The notes below the pieces were generated by a model. The model saw only the letters and a program-made list of their open reading frames with translations. It did no database searches and was not told the origin of the DNA. Both the position numbers and the translations under genes were made by a program. Of a stretch of DNA of 64,000 bases, positions 36,126 through 51,084 are shown in pieces (position 1 is the first letter of the stretch; each line of letters starts with the position of its first letter). Source of the DNA: Balanoglossus misakiensis (Eukaryota > Animalia > Hemichordata); NCBI GenBank assembly GCA_040954595.2, contig CM082578.2, positions 5,686,831 to 5,750,830 of the forward strand, written 5' to 3'.

Positions 36126-39100
36126 CTCTTTTTAATAAGTACGCTGCCTGGTTAATTTCCGGCGGGCCGGCATTTTGAAATGTCAATATCGAACCCCGCT
36201 TATTTTCTGCTGATATCACCCGCTGTATGCGATTAGTTTTTTTTTAAGATACACGCAATGTAAGCCGCTCAGCACCACCGAGCATATTTTAATACATGTC
36301 AGTAAATTTACGTGTTATTTTCATTTTTACCAGTCTCATTTTATCCAAAGGACGTGGGTGTAATTATCCCATAGACAGACTCGACGATCAATACGATTCA
36401 TCTTAACGTTAATTGTTTCTAAATTTTAAACGGTTTGTAATTGTTACTATTACAGTTGTTATGCTAATGAACATTGTATAGGATTATTTGTGGTAATTTG
36501 GAATTAACACCTCTGTATATACATATTCAATTTACACGGTATCTATATTTACATCATCTGTTACGTTCTATTGACAATATTTAGTATATAAATTCTAAAG
36601 AACTCCAGCTATTCAAGAAACAAAGAGAAGTTTAGGATGAGTTTAGCGTCCTGATTTACAAAGGATCGCAAACGTCCTAACTTTTTCATTACCTTTGATA
36701 TTTCCGAGGAACATTTAACAATTGTATTTTTTATGAGTCGTGCTTCTGTATCCATGTAGCTTTTTGTGTGTCACACGGAGACGTCACAGATTCGAGCATA
36801 TACTTGGTCTGCCGTAGCGTCTTTCTTCATTCAGTGGATTACACGGTATTGAATGTGGCTCTTCATGCCACATCTACAGTACCATCGTCCCTGTTCACTA
36901 TGTACTTATTTCTCAAACAAGCCTGAGCCTTCGGAGATGAAGAAGACACATTTACGAACGGTTAATGATAAAATTGTCCGTCGTTTGCCTGGTTGAAACA
37001 AGAATTGTTACGACCACATAAAGATTCGCCGTTGTTCGTTTCCTAATTTGCTCGCCACGACGACGAGCATGTCGAAAACGGTGACGAGCAACGGAAGCGG
37101 AGAACGTAAATTATCGGATGATTATCGCGGCAAATACACATGACAGGATGATTCTTTGTTATGTTTGTCCAGCAAATTTTAAATAACAGTGAACTGTTCT
37201 TATCGTTTCAATCCTATATTAAAATCATTCTATATTCCAAGCCTTTTCATATACATATGTAGTATGATCGATGCCACTCGGTCCTCTTACAAAGGTCCCT
37301 ATGAACCGAACTGAACGAATTCAGAAAGTCTCTGGGGCGACGTTTGGGAATAAAACACTTAATCTTCGCGACTCATTAAATTTTCACTTCCAAATACGTC
37401 ATCAAATGCTATTTTATTCCCCAGTAAAACTTGCTGAGGCGGGCAATGTTGAAACAAGTACTTAAACAACAAAATAGCCGTTACAAATTCTGGGTATTAA
37501 TAAATGTCATCATGAAAGTCATAGTATGCGTTAATATATACTCAATGATAAAAAAACTCAAAAATAAAATTACTTCTCAATAATTATTATTTATCTCTTT
37601 CCTTTACGAATGTTGTAAAAATCTGATATGAAACGATATGGTGGTGGCTTTAGTTCCTGATCTCAAGTGCATTGAATTTGTCATATTGCATGAATATTGT
37701 CCAAGTGGACCTATACGTTGGTAATTAAAGCAGTATTTACGACATCGGCACATCGTTGCTTCTCTACTATGTAATCCTTTTGAAGGGGAGATTTAAGTCC
37801 CCTTGAACGTGAATTGATGCCTTATTACGTTTGGCCGTACTTTCTGCTCACATGACATTGTGATTTGACAAACGCCTCTAAAAGAACAGTGTCTGATGTG
37901 TTGAACATGATTGGCAGAGCCAGGAAGTACACATCCGATATCACTTAATTCTATGAACCAGAGGCTGTCTTGTAATACAATTTTATGGATATCAGCATTA
38001 GTATTAATCTTACATGATCTTATTTCATGACAGATTTCCTAATGGACCAAGGTCTAGTCGATGTTTTGTGAGAAAAACAGGATATGTGACTTTGTAAAAA
38101 AACACGATGCAGGCTTTATGAAATTCGTCGGAACTGTTAAAGCCCCGTGATCTGCCACCTTTACCATTTTTTTATCGATAGAAATTGTTTATCTGCTTTT
38201 TTATCCTCAACCGACGGACGACACCATTTTGAATATGTGAATTTTCTAATACGCATGTGCGCACACCATGATTATTTTGTGTACTCTCGCAACGGGTGGG
38301 ACACCCGTTTATTACTTACTTGTTATCATTTAAGTGTTCACCTTAAAACGTTAAGCCACATGTCAAACGTGAATAATACATGTACGTCTGCGTATACCCA
38401 ATGGGTTAGAAAAAAAACATCAAGAAAATAACGCAAAAGGGCAGCTTGTGCAGCTTTATCAGGGCCCCAGCCAAGTGGACACATACAGTTGATCACAATA
38501 TCCGGAATTTTCCTTCAAGTGACCTTGATATTTAGGCTCTGACAAAGAAATAACACATATGCGCGAACAAGCTTGATTTGGGATTGCACAACGCTTTCGT
38601 TGTCAGACTGAGCCTATTGTTAACGTCTTTGGCAATCGCAGAATCACACATTTGTTGTTGCCTTTTTTGCACACGGAAGGGCTTACTGGAGCAAAACAGT
38701 GTTTTTTTCTAAACTTAAATATTAACGTGTATTTTGTTGCAATGGTCTTACACGAACACAATTAAATAAGTATAAATTCATCTTTTTTTTAAATTACATA
38801 GATATAGAACTGGATTTAGTTGATTCATATTGTAATATTCATTCGCTTATTTTTTTTCTTTCAAATTTACATCTTACGACGAGAAACACACCAATAACGA
38901 CGTATTTTACGACGCCGTTTGAAAACCGTCATGTATTGTATACAATGTAGCTGTCTTGTCAGCATTTGAAATCGATTTCTTGTATAACCTCTGTAATGGA
39001 CAATTCATAGCAGAATAAAGCGCCCGAATTTAACCTTGCATGCAGTGTGTTTTCCATCAGACGACTTTAACGGAAATAATGTAGACGGCAATGTGATATC

Positions 39101-42100
39101 AAACAAATGGCAAAGGTAAAGTCGCGTCTGTGTTCTTGTCAATATTAAATAAGCCTGTATGTAAACCACACTGAGCCGTTTCCTGGGGACAATGCCTACT
39201 CGGAAACATTTTTTAAGCTTAGCGATATCTACATGCGCTGGGTTCTTTATTTTTAGTTTTTATTAACATTAGGCGTGCCTGCCGTCGGTTGGAAAAAATC
39301 ATCGATAATGATATCAGTATCCATTGTATTACTGTTACAACCCTTTTAAAGGAAACATGCTGTGTGTGAAAGCGTCGTCCAGGCTTCTCCGCTAATCTCT
39401 ATCCACGTCTACGCAGGAACGAGTTTTGTTAAATTGCGGTACACTTGGTTTCGCGTAAGGGCAGATTCTTTTTTTCCAAAGCAAGGCCGTATGGTATGAG
39501 CGGAAAACGAGCCGTGAAATGTTTCAGATGATTAAAGCCTTGTGAAATTTACACAGTGATGACGTCGACGACGTTATCCGCCCTTTAAATGCCACAGTGT
39601 GACGGTTCCTTCTCTAAAATGCGGGGATGCAGGGCTGACTGCGTGCATGGTGAAACTTAAGGGAAGTTAACGCGATACCGTCGCAGGAATTGCGATTAAT
39701 GACGTGGAAATTGTTCTATAGGGGGGAGCCAGTAATCAGGAAGTCGATATGAAAGAGAGTCGAGTCGACCGTTCCCAGTGACCCAGAAGGCCATTTCTCT
39801 CTTATCTCTAGTTTATCGGTTTCTCGTCGACTTGCGTTCAAAAACAACGATTTATAAACATAGACGAATCGGTCTCACGAGTCGCCAATGCAATGGAGAG
39901 GCCCGCTTGTGCATAGCGTATGATCCGAATGACGTCATGGCTGAAAGGCGTTTGAACTGTACCTGTGTTCTTCTTTCAAGTGGATAATGACATATGCCAA
40001 TTGACGACAATTCAATTTCTCTGTGATCATGACGATTACCAAGGTCGTGCATTACCGAGGTCATAATAAACGGGGTCATGTTTCTTCCCCGAGGGTCCCT
40101 GTCCAATGCATTTGAGAAAACCTTCACCGTGTTCTATTCTTTCTTACCCGACACACTTTCTTGAAAGTGGATCCTTTAAAGCATCTTCTATAATTGCCGT
40201 CGAACTCTTTGATTTCGCTGCTTTCTTTCCAACAATGCAGAGCGTCGTTCAAAGTCAGTGTCGACTGCGACTGCAACCTTCATACCATCAAACATGTAGC
40301 GCACGGAAGCCAGCGATTAAAGCCATGCATGCGCGGTCAATGTACAATGTAATTTTATTTGACGATAGTCACGTTTTCATACTGTCGCTCTCGACATCCT
40401 GGTTCTGTGGATATAATCACTGCATCACGGTTACGGCTCAGTACACCCGAGAAACGTCAATGAGCCGCCGAATATAAGAACACAACATGACATTAGATTC
40501 ATATTAGAGCAAGACCCCCCCCCCCTTTTCTAGCTGCAGGCACCAGTGCATGGCAAATTTAATTTCAATTGATCATTAAACCTAATTAGGTTATTAAGTT
40601 CTACGGCTTCACAGAACTTTGCAATAAAGGCAACAAGCTTTCAAGCTTGATGTTTTCGACCCCGAAACACTATGTACCGTGTGATCACTCACAATTGCCA
40701 CTCTGCCGTATACAACAGTCCCCGCGCCAATACCATGGGTTAAATATGTACATTGTATACGTGAATTGGGCATGTAGACGTTCTGCTGCAGGAGGACGAA
40801 ATGACACTAGAAATCAAGTCATATTATGACAACAACCTATCACGTGTCCAAGTTCTAAACTCGGTCAATTGCGGCTTGCCTATTGTATAGTTCTCCCGAA
40901 TCAAGATGTCGCCCAGCTACAGTCCGGCATTGAAACGCATGCCGCTATCCTTATGAAAAGTCTTCATTGACAAATATTTTAACGCTGTAAATATTGTTTC
41001 TTGTGGTATTTTCGTACGGAAAGAAATCTGAATATATGATGGTTGCACACAACGTTTCACCAGAATTAAAAGGCATTCTCCTTCACACCCAATCAACATT
41101 GTGAACATAAACTTACAGTATACTAAGTATTATAGGACGGCTTGCAAAAACCTCAAGGAAGATTGCCCTCCTCTCCTTGATAATCCAGCGGGAAATGACT
41201 CTAGTCCACTGACTGCTTTGCAGACTATCGATGTCCCCAGACCTCAATTAGTTTTTTTTTTTTCTTCTAGAAACATGGGCCGCATTCTACTGTTCTGCAT
41301 TTAGAATGAAAGTTCAGTTGATTTTAGCGTATGAAGTGGGTGATGAAACCTCCACGGCCCTAATACAGAATCAGAGCGGGATCTTCATGGCATGGCTTAC
41401 GGATCATTCCGCCTGTGCTTTTCAAGTAACCGTATCAGGTCTGCAAAGACTGCAACTATCGAGTGAACCAAGTGTTTGGAAGACCAATCATATGGGCAGA
41501 CTCAATCAGCGAATATTGGCGGTTGAGGCAGGTATACTAAATAGTTTTACCTAATCTCATCACCGAGGCGATGCTTTGCCTCGCAAATGCTGAAGTTGCT
41601 TTCTCTATTGCCTGCTAGCGGCGGATTAGTAATTTAGGTTATATGCAGTGTATAGAAGAGGTTTCTTTTAATTATTGCTTGCCAGCAGTCGGATTTCACG
41701 GGATTATCCTATCAGGAGCAACATTCGTGAAATGTTATAGGGACAATTACCACATAATTAATGTGTGGGCGTATTATAATTAGTTTATATAGGGCCTACA
41801 TGTATACTTGGATGTAATACTTCTTGTCGTTCTGAATCTGCTGTTTGCAGGCAATATTTGAAATTCAGTTTCATTGTAAAAATGAATGATATAAACAGTA
41901 TTTGAAAATGGGCAAATTTAAAGCAGTGTACCGTGCCGTAATCGTAACAAAATAAGTAAAACTGGACTATGTTAAATTTTAGTCATGCAGCCGACATTTA
42001 CGATTGTCAAAAATGTGTATACTGTTCCACTTTTTGCATAATTATCGTTCTAAGATAATGAACACCGTGCGGAGAAAGTGTACAGAATATTGAACTGATA

Positions 42101-45100
42101 ACAATGCACACAGTAAAGGTGGCTATCAGCCCTAAGGCTTTTACCCAAATATGGCCAGTCAAAATTAGTTTTATAACTCACCTCATCCGACAGTAACGTA
42201 ACTCGGAAAATCATCAAGTTGGTCTGGGTCGCAGACGACATCGCCATCTTAGTTTACGTTTTCGCGTGCATGGATGGTGGTTTCCGTCTTAGCCAGGCAA
42301 CAGTTTTCGGAACTGTTGCCTGACAGGTCAACAGTTCGACAACTGTTGACCGGTAACTCCTCTATGCATGTAACAGCGCCAAATTGACGCACCCCACGTG
42401 ACTGCATATTGGAGATTCACAACAAAGATTAAGTATGGGGTGTATTTCACCGTAGTTTATCACATGCTTTTCAGGGCCACCATTTTATGGCGGATAGCGG
42501 GATAAACTTATGTTGTAGCAACATTGGTAATAATTGCCCCGACTCATTCTGATCTCTCCAGTGATTGTATTTTGTTGTCAGACAGTAAGTAACATGTGGG
42601 TAGTAATGGTAACGTCCTTATATTGTTTTACACATCAACTCTGAACAACGGCACCGCACCTTTGCCTCAAGATAGTCAGTTCTATAGTTGGAATGGCAAC
42701 TAAACAAAACAAGGAAATGATGTGTATTGTGTATCACGCACGAGGGAATTCACACACCAATATCATATCGATCGATCTATACTGAAAGGCCGTGTTTATG
42801 CTTAGTACTCGTAAACCATCAAATGCTCTCTGAAACGATGTTGGCTGGTACTGCAGGTCACACGGGGGAGGGATATCGATTACCTTTGATTGGAGAGATC
42901 GTCAAAGTTCGAGCTTGATGAAAACAGCTCAGTGTAAAAACCGTGCCAGGATCAAACGCTCGTGATCATTATACACAAATGTATTCTAAACTAAGCTCAT
43001 ATACACGCAACGCTGCCAACGGGTTAGTGGAACACATTTTCAAGCCTAGATATTCTATCTCAGGGCTATATCTCAATGGGAAGATATGTAGCTAATGTCT
43101 GTTCTGTAAAACCCGCAATGACGATCAAGCTATACACTTTCGACGAAAACATTTTCCTTTAAAGTTGCAGCTTCCATTTTAAAAATATCAAAAATATGGT
43201 TATAGTCTTTCATTGCAAGCATTGTCAACCTATAAATGTGATAATTTGAAAGTGTAAAGTGAGACGGACATCTTTACCGAAGTAGTATAAGTGGCCTCGC
43301 CTTATCGACGAATGTTACATGCTAAGTTTTTGAGAACAAGCTCTTTAGCAAGTAAGAAGCATTTTGCCAGAAGATAATTCCAAGAGATCTAATCAAAGCA
43401 GTCAAGAATGGAGTTCAACCCTATCTTCCGCTTAAGTACATTGTGATTGCTTGTATACCGTGCTGCAATTATCACCGCAAGGCAAACGCATGATTACACA
43501 TGCATGGCCGTCTACTACACATACTGTGTGGAGTGTGTATACATGTATATACGTAAACGAAGAAATGGAACTGGTTTGGACCAGTTGTTTAAGGGTTTGA
43601 ATTTTTTAAATCCTAGAAATATAAAAAGCTATATCACGTCGGTTGTTGACGGTATCTTCAATGTAACTCCGCATATATAACCTTTAACATTCTAATCTCC
43701 ACTATCTACCTTTATGTCTTGGTGCATTGAGGAAGCCATATGAAAATACAAATCAATTCTTCCCCGTACATGCATGCTGATTTGTCTAAATACCATACCG
43801 ACCGCATACTACGTGACTTTTTATTATACATGGACGACCTGACAACTGTGCTGCATTACATAAAACCATACGAATAAATTATCATATTTAAAGTCAATGT
43901 ATGTCTGTATCTCTTTGCATTTTGTTTTTAAATTAACGTATCATTCGGGGATTTGTTTTGGATTTCCATTATTTCGCCATTTTGCCTTTGAAAATGGCAT
44001 TTCTTACCGATTGGCTGGATCGATATGTATTCGTATAGTTTCGTGATACTGTCTTGGGAACGTCAAATCGAACTTCTGTGGTCTGGTGGCATTCATATTA
44101 TCTTGCAAGAATTGTGTATTCATTAAACTCTAAGCTATACGTTCATCGATCGCCAATATTTGACATGTGCATGTGGTCACACTTCTGTGGACCTTTTACA
44201 CATAAGGTGTTTTGATTTCGAAACATTTTATCGTGCAATACAAATTATAGAGCTAAGCTGCACCTGATTGTCTATACTACACTCATCGAACGTAATAACC
44301 CTATACAAGATCTCTTCGTTAACATGTTGTGCATTTCCTAAAAGATCCACGTAGTCGTTCATTCTCGTATGCCGCGCCGCTTCTACAATGTGGAATAGAC
44401 TGCCCAATTACATTTGTTCAAAAGTTAAAGTCTAAACTTAGACTTAGACCTATTTTTTGAGAGGGCATACTCATGCGACACTTTGTGAAGCACCAGTGAA
44501 CATGTTTTCATGGATTATCGTATCTGAAAACCTGTAACACATATAATGCAGTTCATTCTCTCTCAAGGAGTTTGGAGTTACAGCGCATCGTGAACCCAGG
44601 GCTAAATAGTCGATGAATATGACGCAATGACCTTCGGGGACAAAGAAATGCGCCTCTACTTCTTGCCAGAAATAGTCACGAAGAGGATCAATCTCAACAC
44701 AACAAGGGAAGCATGCCATCAATATATGTCAGTCACCGCGTGAACACGATCCATTAACCGCAGCAAAATATATCATTGTACAAGCTATTGTTATATACTT
44801 CCCTTGTTCATGACAGTGTAGGCGACGCTGTTAAAATGAAAACGATGCCGTCACCCACTGTCTGAAACACATGAAGATCGATTACTATTTTCACCCCAGT
44901 AAAACTATTTAATGATTCCGACTTAAACATGACAAAAGGTGTACCTCTTTATCGTAAACCAGTCCACATTTAAATCAACAGTTTGTCGTCCCTTGCCAAT
45001 ATTCACGCGGTGTGCCTTCTTCAGGACTTTTCCCTGAATCCAACTCTAAATTTCTATCACAACGCCGACAGGATGACTATATTCATTATCATTATATTTG

Positions 45101-48100
45101 TCACGGTACTGGTCACTGGCATTCGACTCATATTACCTTATTACAGGGAACCTGTCTTGGTGGAAAATGTGGCTTACCATTAAATGTACCCGCTTGAAAA
45201 TTCACATTATCCACGTAGAAATATCACACAACACTGCTGTTTGTTATGCCAAGTAGCGATTCCTGTGCGACGAAGTACTTTCAGTGAAAATATTGATTTC
45301 GGCTGATAGCGATTTTGATCCGTCAAGTACTGTCAAAGTATAGTTTTCCATGTACAAGCGCCCGTTCTGAATGAGATATTACATTTCATTCCAGTCTTAA
45401 GATATCTGGCTTTCAGAAACGCAACTGGTAACCTGGTTGGTTGTCTATATACTTTAGGCCTAAAAAAAATTGGCTTTGAATCAAATGTCCACGTAACATG
45501 CGACGTCAACGCACAGTTTACTGTAATTTATATGGTCGCCTATCCTGGAATGAGACCGAAAATGTTGAACTTTGCACGGCTTTTGTTTTAATGTACTGCA
45601 CTGAATTTATAAAAAAACGAAATGATCCCCATGATTTGCTCATGCACATATATTTGTTTGTACTAATGGATGATACAATCCACGTCGCTGTAATTGCCAG
45701 TGATTCATTTCAGTTGAAAAGACCTTAGGAGAACACTTATGGAGAAAAAGCACTTTCAACCACACGATCGAGTGCATTTCCTACGAGTATCGCTTTAGGG
45801 TTTTTTTCCCAATGGCATAAATTGTATCTGCAAATTAATCTAGTCCGTATCAGGGTACATTCATTCTCAGATTAAATTTCCCAAATGGAATATGGTATTT
45901 GTGTATTTGATCAGCTCACACGGGAGGAACTAGAATAGACATTTCATTTGATGCATGTCGCCCAACCAGGAAATACCAGAACTGAAGGATGCATGCCCAT
46001 TTCCTGTGGAATCATGTTTCCAATTCCGTGAGTGGCGAACAGACACAATCCCAGGTTGTAATATAGGGCTTGGAGCGCGTGAACGGCCAGTAGAAGCTAA
46101 TGTATTCCGCCCTAGCTAAAAATTGCAAATTGTGCCAGCCTGGTGTTGTATAATATAGTTCAGGTAAACTTTATTTTGTTTTGCAATCGCGTTTAGTTTA
46201 TCGGATGCAGTTAATTATTCGACTATTCTTATATCGAAAATCAAAGTTTTCTTCTATCTCATTTAGATACTTTGGAAACGCTGTATACGACTTCAAAAGA
46301 GAGCGATGAAACATATTACCAGTATCAATTGAGAGAACTATTCTTGTAAAGGCCTGTGCCAACGACGCCTATAGTGCCTGCCAGTGATCTTAACGTATAT
46401 TAATTAAAAAGTGTCTAACCTATAAAACACAACGCTAATCTAAATTAGAGTGGTAGTCACGGTAACAATACGCGGAAATATCAGCAGACTATGTTTCTTG
46501 GAAAGAAAACTAATCTACAGGAACCAGTCGACAATGATATCAAGTACAAGACAATTACATGATATTGGTTGTTTATACATTTGAGTCATAAATTTCTGAA
46601 TCAGCCTTTAGCCCGAAAAGAAAAAGGGCTGAGGTAATTTGCGAGGTTCGTGACAACATAATTTCCAAAGTTTTAGCTGTTTTCTAGGAATTTCAGTTCC
46701 CGTTTAATCAAAATGTGTAGCACCAGAAGTGTTCTTCTGAAAAGGACAGATTTAGATGGGTTTACTTGAAAAAAGTATGACAGTCACACAGCATTCATCG
46801 TCAGCAAAACCCTTCCTCTGATTTTGAAAAGACGGCTAGATTAGTTTTTTCACAGTTGCCGATGAAATTGTGTATTGCCGTTTTTTGTCATAAGTTGGTT
46901 GTTAACGTGTTTTATTTGTAATTCTAAGAAACTTGGAAAGTATACTTAGACATAATTTGAAGAACATATGTTTAGTGTGATTGTGTGAAAATTAGGTGGA
47001 CTAAAAATATAAAAACAAAGAAAAGTGTCAAAATCATGGCAAAGTTTGAAAAAAGACAGGAAATTGCCATAAGCCTACACTTTTGTGTTAACACAACTAT
47101 TCACAGTCCGATAACATATGTTCAGAGCCGTTTTCATTCTTATTCCGGTTAGCCCTAAAGATCACAAAATGTTTAGTTTGAATGAAACAAAATAAAGAAA
47201 TGTTGAATGAAATGAGCACGCAAACCACACAGCTATACCATCAATGGGAATAATAATAACACAGCAATAATAACACAGCTAACACGAATACATAGCCAAC
47301 TCATGGACTATCTCAACAGAACACGGACGACGATCATATCGGGTTGGCACATCAAATTTCAAACGACTCAGAGTCACGTCTTGTTTCTCATCATTGTACA
47401 TGTATTATATTCTGACTAGCCTATCTATGTGGCAGCATCGGATATTAGTGGCAACATTTCTACTGCTTCGAGAGAGAACCGTATTGCTCACTGTCTGTAC
47501 ATGTTGTTTTCACGCAATAATTCTCAGCAGGCTCGTCGTCGATCGGCGCACTATACCGTGCATATACTTTCTTTGGGCACTGGAATAAACACTTCACACC
47601 GGCGCTGGTTTAACAACATAAATCAGCATTTACCAAACTTGTAACAACCACTATGTTTGAAGCTTTTGCAACTATATGGATGGCGAGATAGCCGTTAAAG
47701 ACGTCATTACTCCCAACTCTCAAGTTACACGTGGCACATTCAAACTCATCGTTCTCTTCTAGAAGAAGGCTAATGAAATCGAACTTGGCAGAACGTTGCA
47801 AAATTTCAGCGAATCCCCATTATTCATTTTTCACAACGTGATACTGTCACCAATAATTTCTTCATATTAACATATACAATATAGGCCTACATGCAAAATA
47901 CAGTGACACTCCCATTTTTCGACTAGACTGTGGTCTTCAAAACGGCGAATTGCAACGTGAAGCATATTCGCGAATTATTCGTGAAAATATTCGTGAATTA
48001 TTTCATCGACAACATTTGTCGTTCAGCTGTCGCAATAGTCGTTGCTCTGTCTTGTACATGTACCTTGTAATGACAAATTTCGTGGGCGGTGATGTGCTAC

Positions 48101-50300
48101 TGAGTGGCCCTTAAGATACGATATATAACAAAGTCATCAACTTCACAGCCTGGGGACAGTTTAGTTCTACGAATCCTTGAAGGTTTCCTGTGCACAGGCG
48201 TCAGAGATTACGCTCGTTGACATATAATTGATATTCCTCAATCAAATGAAGATGACAAGGTTGACGTAAGTCACCACAATTTCGGTTTGACCCTCCGAAT
48301 ATTAGAAAACACCACAACAGACGGTTTGCTGTACATATCTTAATCGACTAAAATGAAATTTGATGAAGGATCCGGAACGAAACCACAAACAGGCATTTTC
48401 ATAGGATTTTGCAATATTACACCATCGTAAGAGGGATCAAGCGAAATTCCGGGTAACGTGGATATGACGCAACTACAATTGTTTGTCTGTTATACCTCTT
48501 CTTGTTGTGCTGTATGAAAGCAGTAGGTTATCGTGATTTGAAAAACACACGTTCACACATACATGTACATGTACATGTACACACACACATACATACATGC
48601 TGGCTGCCTACATGTACATGCATGGTGAACTATATTCCAGTTGGTTCAAAGACGATAGAAAGATGTTGTGAAAATTAAATCCATTAGCGTTAATTTGGCA
48701 TTGCTAGCTTATCTGATGTAAATATAGAAAGTGCAAGTAAATCCGTGATGTACTGTTGTAATTACATGATTACCCCCCCCTCTCTATATCAATGACATTG
48801 CTGTATCAAGTATTGGGATTTGTGAAAAAGACTCGTTTGATTGCTATCTTCCCTTTGTGGTCATCAAATGGTTTGTTAAAAGCGATAACATGCGTGTTGA
48901 GTGGGGCGTAAAATAATAGGGTTAATAAATCAGCGCTTTAATGGAAATCGTATATTCATGCAAGTTATCTTAGGTTCAACTGTCTATCTTGCGAAACACA
49001 ATAAACTGGCGCCGATTTTGGACACTGTAAATGTTTAGTTTCGTTGCAATTGTGATTCTTGTCTCGAGGAAGAAGGTGCAAGCGTGATGAATTTCAGTGC
49101 TTGTTAGCGCAATGCGAAAAGATGCATTATTATGTAATTAGCAGCCGCAAATGACTCATGACAATGTTGTTGATGAGATGGAGAGATCCGGGACATCGCT
49201 TTGCGGCTGTGGAAATCACCGAGAGGGTTATCATCTATAATATGACCCCTTTTAAAATGTCCGCGCTTCAGTCAACTGACGGTGTTTCTATTAATTGAGC
49301 AAATTTACAGCGTACATGTATCTCAATAATGCAGACGGTTTCAGGTTTCAGAATAAAATAAACACTCTTTCAAATTGATAAAACATTTCTCTGGAATCAG
49401 AATCACCCAAGCAAATATTTTCTGAAATCTAAGATATAAAGGAACATTTAGTTACTTCAGTGTAAACATTGTTTACACAATTATCATCTGACAGGTAATT
49501 TACTAGTAAATAACCCTCCAAACACCAGTTTTCTCAATTCTTGTATCAACGCACATTTGCGTGAATGCAAGCTGTCGTAACTATCATACAAAGTGTGTCT
49601 ATGATTTAAAAAAACTAGATCGATATTTATGACGCGAAAACTTCCGGAGCAGTGGATTAACAGACAAGCTAGATAAAAGAATCCTAGACACACTTCTTGC
49701 AATCATTGTTCAGTCAATCGCTGGGACAAATTTCAATAGCCTATACGATGAACTCAGAACGTCCTTGTGCGGCCAAAGACAGCGACCCTCTTCACACTTT
49801 AAAAAACGTGGCACTTTATCAGGGTACATGCCAAACAATGACTAAAAACGTCAATTGACAGTCGTGTATCATGTTACCTGTTGATGTGAACGACCAGGAC
49901 ATGCAGTCATTAAAAAAATCTGACAAATTTGAAGTAAAAAAAAATCAATCATGTTTCGCTTCTTCAGAGTGACAATGCATGGCTTACCGGCGCCAGACTC
50001 ATGATCTCATGGCTTAACACACATGACGGATTGTTATGTAAATGTCTTCAACGAAGCACTACCTCTAAAATATTGTGACACAGTACCTCTTTTACATTAT
50101 GGTTTTGTGTGTACATGTAGATGCATATCGCAGATTTTTGCGTCCAATTACCATGTGCACTTGTTATGATTTTGTTCACGGCAGTGTTTACGAAAAACTG
50201 AGTAACCATTTCATAATTTTTACAAAACTCATTGATATATAAAAACTCGTAAACACTTTCCAAATCGACCAAAACATCCTTCTTTCGTATTTTGGACCCT

Positions 50301-50353
50301 CATTCATTCATTCATTCATTCATTCATTCATCCATTCATTCATCCATTCATTC
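50301..50353. repeat. (CATT)n microsatellite
   Basis: cattcattcatt run with catc variants. Confidence 0.9.
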
Positions 50354-50784
50354 GAATAATAGTTTCAAAAGTAAAGATACCCTGAAATACTGTAACTCTA
50401 CACGGCCAAAGATGCTATGGTAGAATTAATTATTAATGCCCACTCACTCTCCCCAGCATCACGATAAGATCCTTGGCAAATGAGACTTTATCGACGAGGG
50501 AATTAATAGCCATCACTTTCAGGCACGTCAGTTCATAACAGCGTCTGCATGGGATGAGAGCTTCTTCACTTTATAATCGCGAAGAAGAGTTGTATTTTAC
50601 CGACGATACTACTAATAGAACATTTTGGTGGCAGCGCCGGACAGTATACCAGTAATAAAGGCTCTAATGAAAGGACTTCTTTGCAACGAACATGCCTTAG
50701 AGGATAACCATAACCGTCACCCTTGAGAAACCTGAGTGTCATCGTGTGTTCTGTACGTTTCATCTACATTATTTTGCCAATAAA

Positions 50785-51084
50785 CTCTCTCTCTGCCCCC
50801 TTCTCTCTCTCTCTCTCTCCTCTCTCTCTCTGTCTCTTTGTCTCTCTCTCTCAATCTCTCCCTCTCTCTCCCCTCTCTCTTTCTCTCTTTTTCTCTCTCT
50901 TTCTCTCTCTCCCCTTCTCTATCCCCCTCTCTCTTTTTCTCTCTCTCTTTCTCTCCCCTCTCTCTCACCCCTTTATTTCTCTCTCTCTATCTCAGTATTT
51001 CTCTCTCCCCTTCTGTCACCACTTTTTTTCTCTATGTATCTATCTCTCCTTCTATCTCAATCCATCACTCTATCCATCTCTCTC
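50785..51084. repeat. Degenerate (CT)n polypyrimidine tract
   Basis: About 300 bp, almost only C and T on the plus strand. Confidence 0.92.

Noticed and set aside
44440-44533. KTCSLVLHKVS on the minus strand, resembling DOK PH strand 2
   Set aside because: In-frame stop just upstream and no compatible acceptor; likely chance.
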